Positions 61,751 to 64,000 of a DNA stretch of 64,000 nt are shown piece by piece. How positions within the stretch are numbered: the stretch's first letter is position 1; every line of letters starts with the position of its first letter. The position numbers and the translations under genes were made by a program. Under the pieces are notes generated by a model that saw nothing but the letters and a program-made list of their open reading frames with translations, had not been told where the DNA came from and searched no databases. Source of the DNA: Candidatus Nitrosopolaris sp. (GTDB lineage: Archaea > Thermoproteota > Nitrososphaeria > Nitrososphaerales > Nitrososphaeraceae); assembly GCA_035691865.1 (NCBI GenBank), contig DASSIM010000025.1:661-64660 (forward strand), read 5' to 3'.

Positions 61751-62526
61751 GAATAGAATAAACGAAAAATTCAAGCAAGCGATAAAAGATGACAGTAGGG
61801 ATCGGTTTGGTGTTAACCTTTTGTGGATGAATTCAGTACGATAAAAATGATAAACATACGGGGAGATAAATTTATTTAAATTGTCGAGAACCGGAAAGGT
61901 CTGTTGGTAAATAAGTTGTCACATGAGATAAAGAATAAATGGTAGCAGGAAAGATAGAAGCCTCTTTCACACTTGTCTTGTAGATATCCCCAAATCCTTC
62001 GAGATAGAAAATATCGTACCGACAACGCTCCATAATTAGAGGATCCTCACAGTCAAGAAATCTTCACGACTCCTCTTAGTCAAGGACATTTACGACTGAT
62101 ATTAGTCAACAACACCGTGAAAAGAAGATCAGTCCTTGCTCAGTTCCCGCTTGCTAGAAGGTCTGACTAGGTGTAAATTAACCCAACCATATATTTTCGG
62201 CATCGAATTGCTTCGATCCCCGGTACTCTGCATTGAGCATTCTGATGCATTTCCCTACACGTTTCAAAAACTTGTTGCCAGCGTCTCGTGCGAAGTAGGC
62301 GATGAAGCCGCATATTATCAATCCAGTCGTCAATACTGTATCTATCACTATTTTGAACTGTTTGTAATAAACCAGATTTTGTCAATTTGTTGGCTAATAT
62401 CAATCATGAGTGCTTTGATAGTAGCTCTAGTGAATAAACACTAAGCTGTTTGTCATGATGTTTGTTAGTAAACCCGTTAAGAATTGTCGTGTTCGGAGGT
62501 ATTCAGTAAAACGCAGCGGATCGTTA

Positions 62527-63000
62527 ATGGGTAGTAAAAAAATAAAAATCCAACTTGAGGATGATGATGGTGGAAAATATGATCTTGCGTTACAAGGGAA
62601 CATATCAAAGACAAAGATTATTAAATTGATTGAGGTTCTGGATCTTTTAGAAATAGAGGGAAAGCATCCCGAATTTGAAAATAACGCACAGGTTAGAGAC
62701 AAGGGCGACTTCACCTCGCTAGGTTCAAAGATATGGAATCTCGCAGAACAGAAGTTCCCATACACTGCCTTCACTTCATCGGATATTCTAGAACTCTACG
62801 AGGATGAGTTTCAGAAACCAATAAGACTTAGTGCAATTGCAACATATCTTTCTAGGTATTCCGAAAGGGGTAAACTATCCAAAAGCAAGAAAGGGAAGGA
62901 ATGGTTGTACAAGATAGTTAAAAAGCAACCAACGGGGGAACAACGAACGGATCAGGCTTACGAATTGCCATGTCGACCATCTCTTGAATTCTCTAACTGA
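62527..63000 (+). CDS. Conserved hypothetical protein with C-terminal winged helix
   Basis: KIKIQLEDDDGGKY.L.L.G...FTSSDILELYEDEF..PI.LS.IATYLSRY; start at the internal ATG. Confidence 0.8.
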   Translation: MGSKKIKIQLEDDDGGKYDLALQGNISKTKIIKLIEVLDLLEIEGKHPEFENNAQVRDKGDFTSLGSKIWNLAEQKFPYTAFTSSDILELYEDEFQKPIRLSAIATYLSRYSERGKLSKSKKGKEWLYKIVKKQPTGEQRTDQAYELPCRPSLEFSN

Positions 63001-63221
63001 TGTAAACACAACAGGGATTAGAACCATCAACAAATCCGCTTTATTTTGGATTCATTCAGAATGCCTTAGCGCAAAGTTCTCGCTTTTTTTTACAAATGCT
63101 TGCCAGTTTATTCCAGCATCTCAATTTATTACTAGCAGATCATAATAAACTTCGTTCCATTCGGTCCATCGTTTACGACATAAGTGTATTAAAAAATAGA
63201 ACGGCTATCGAGTACGTCCGC

Positions 63222-63518
63222 TCACCTATCTTTTGAAAGCCCCTTTTTCAGGTCATCATAGTTCATTACCGGATGCACTTCCACTTTGGCGTTCATCCCC
63301 TGGAATAATGGCTCCAATAAAGCAGGTATCTGGTCATTGCTTTCGATATTAACTATAAAGCCCATGGTCCTATCCCCATCAGCCGCAAAGAAGTGAGCCG
63401 ATTCAGGCTTGGCCTTGCTCATGTAGTCTTCAAGATTCTTTAGAAAGTTTGGATCCTGTATCATTTTGTTTCCGGCTTCTGTAGGAATTTTGGCTCGAAT
63501 TAAAAATCTCATTGTCAA
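63222..63518 (-). CDS. Conserved hypothetical protein (DUF3303/GYD-like ferredoxin fold)
   Basis: MRFLIRAKIPTEAGN...KPE.A.F....G.RT...IV......IP...EP.FQ..NA.VE.HPVM..DDL. Confidence 0.78.
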   Translation of the reverse strand: MTMRFLIRAKIPTEAGNKMIQDPNFLKNLEDYMSKAKPESAHFFAADGDRTMGFIVNIESNDQIPALLEPLFQGMNAKVEVHPVMNYDDLKKGLSKDR

Positions 63519-64000
63519 ACAAAAGTCGGCTGCATTTAAAAAGATTGCTCCCTCCTAGGACATACTTGACGTACATAATTCAAGTGGGTCATTCAATTAT
63601 TTTAGATGTTTCAGTAAGCACTCTGCCTTAGATCAAAATTCCACCGTTTATCCAAGACTTTCATGATAATAGAAACATGTTGTTTTCAATGGAAACGATT
63701 AGTACGAATTCGATGATGCTGCTAATGACCGGACTGACGGCAGGCAGCTGTTCATAGCGAACTTGAGAAATCTTGGAGGATTTAACAATCTTTCTCACAA
63801 TGTTCCCGAATTAAGATCTCTTTCTAACGCTTCAACTTCTCTAGTTGGATCCAAATCAACTATATGATATTTGAATACAAGCATCTTCAACAGATTCCTT
63901 ATCTCTTAATACATCTTCGTGCGTTCCATACATGGCAAATTCGTTAAATTGTTCTTTAGGTATTCCACTAAGTGTTGTAATCTTTTTCTCGCTGTTAGTG

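Noticed and set aside
63650-64000. Broken minus-strand reading at the right edge
   Set aside because: Multiple stops and frameshifts, no recognisable motif, and truncated by the window.

Overview
AT-rich archaeal DNA with a gene repertoire typical of soil ammonia-oxidising archaea (Nitrososphaeraceae-like; inferred from gene content, not from a marker gene). Evidence includes CDC48, a two-domain multicopper oxidase, an F420-dependent PPOX enzyme, several archaeal winged-helix regulators, a roadblock-like protein, PspA and a DEAD-box helicase. The window is mostly accessory DNA with low coding density and many gene scraps. I found no rRNA, intact tRNA or CRISPR array. Main observations: (1) A cluster of four secreted low-complexity proteins at 29.4-36.7 kb. 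Two are paralogues built from a ~54-aa Asn/Gln/Ser/Gly/His-rich two-strand repeat in permuted register, one ending in CxxC. This recalls bacterial functional amyloids (Fap/curli) and is a candidate archaeal amyloid or beta-solenoid fibre system. (2) Two paralogous Zn-ribbon tyrosine recombinases. The intact copy is bracketed by ~18-bp imperfect inverted repeats. The dead copy ends exactly where an alpha/beta-hydrolase gene is 5'-truncated, suggesting a single-gene, IS-like recombinase element. (3) A 197-bp non-coding direct repeat with 1 mismatch, one copy of which cuts a gene. (4) A C-terminal KQYLNEVLxEV helix shared by a soluble and a membrane sensor-like protein. (5) A high-GC DUF899 gene and a TPP alpha-keto-acid decarboxylase of likely bacterial origin. 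(6) Several palindrome clusters and candidate structured RNAs. All family assignments come from manual motif recognition; no database searches were run.
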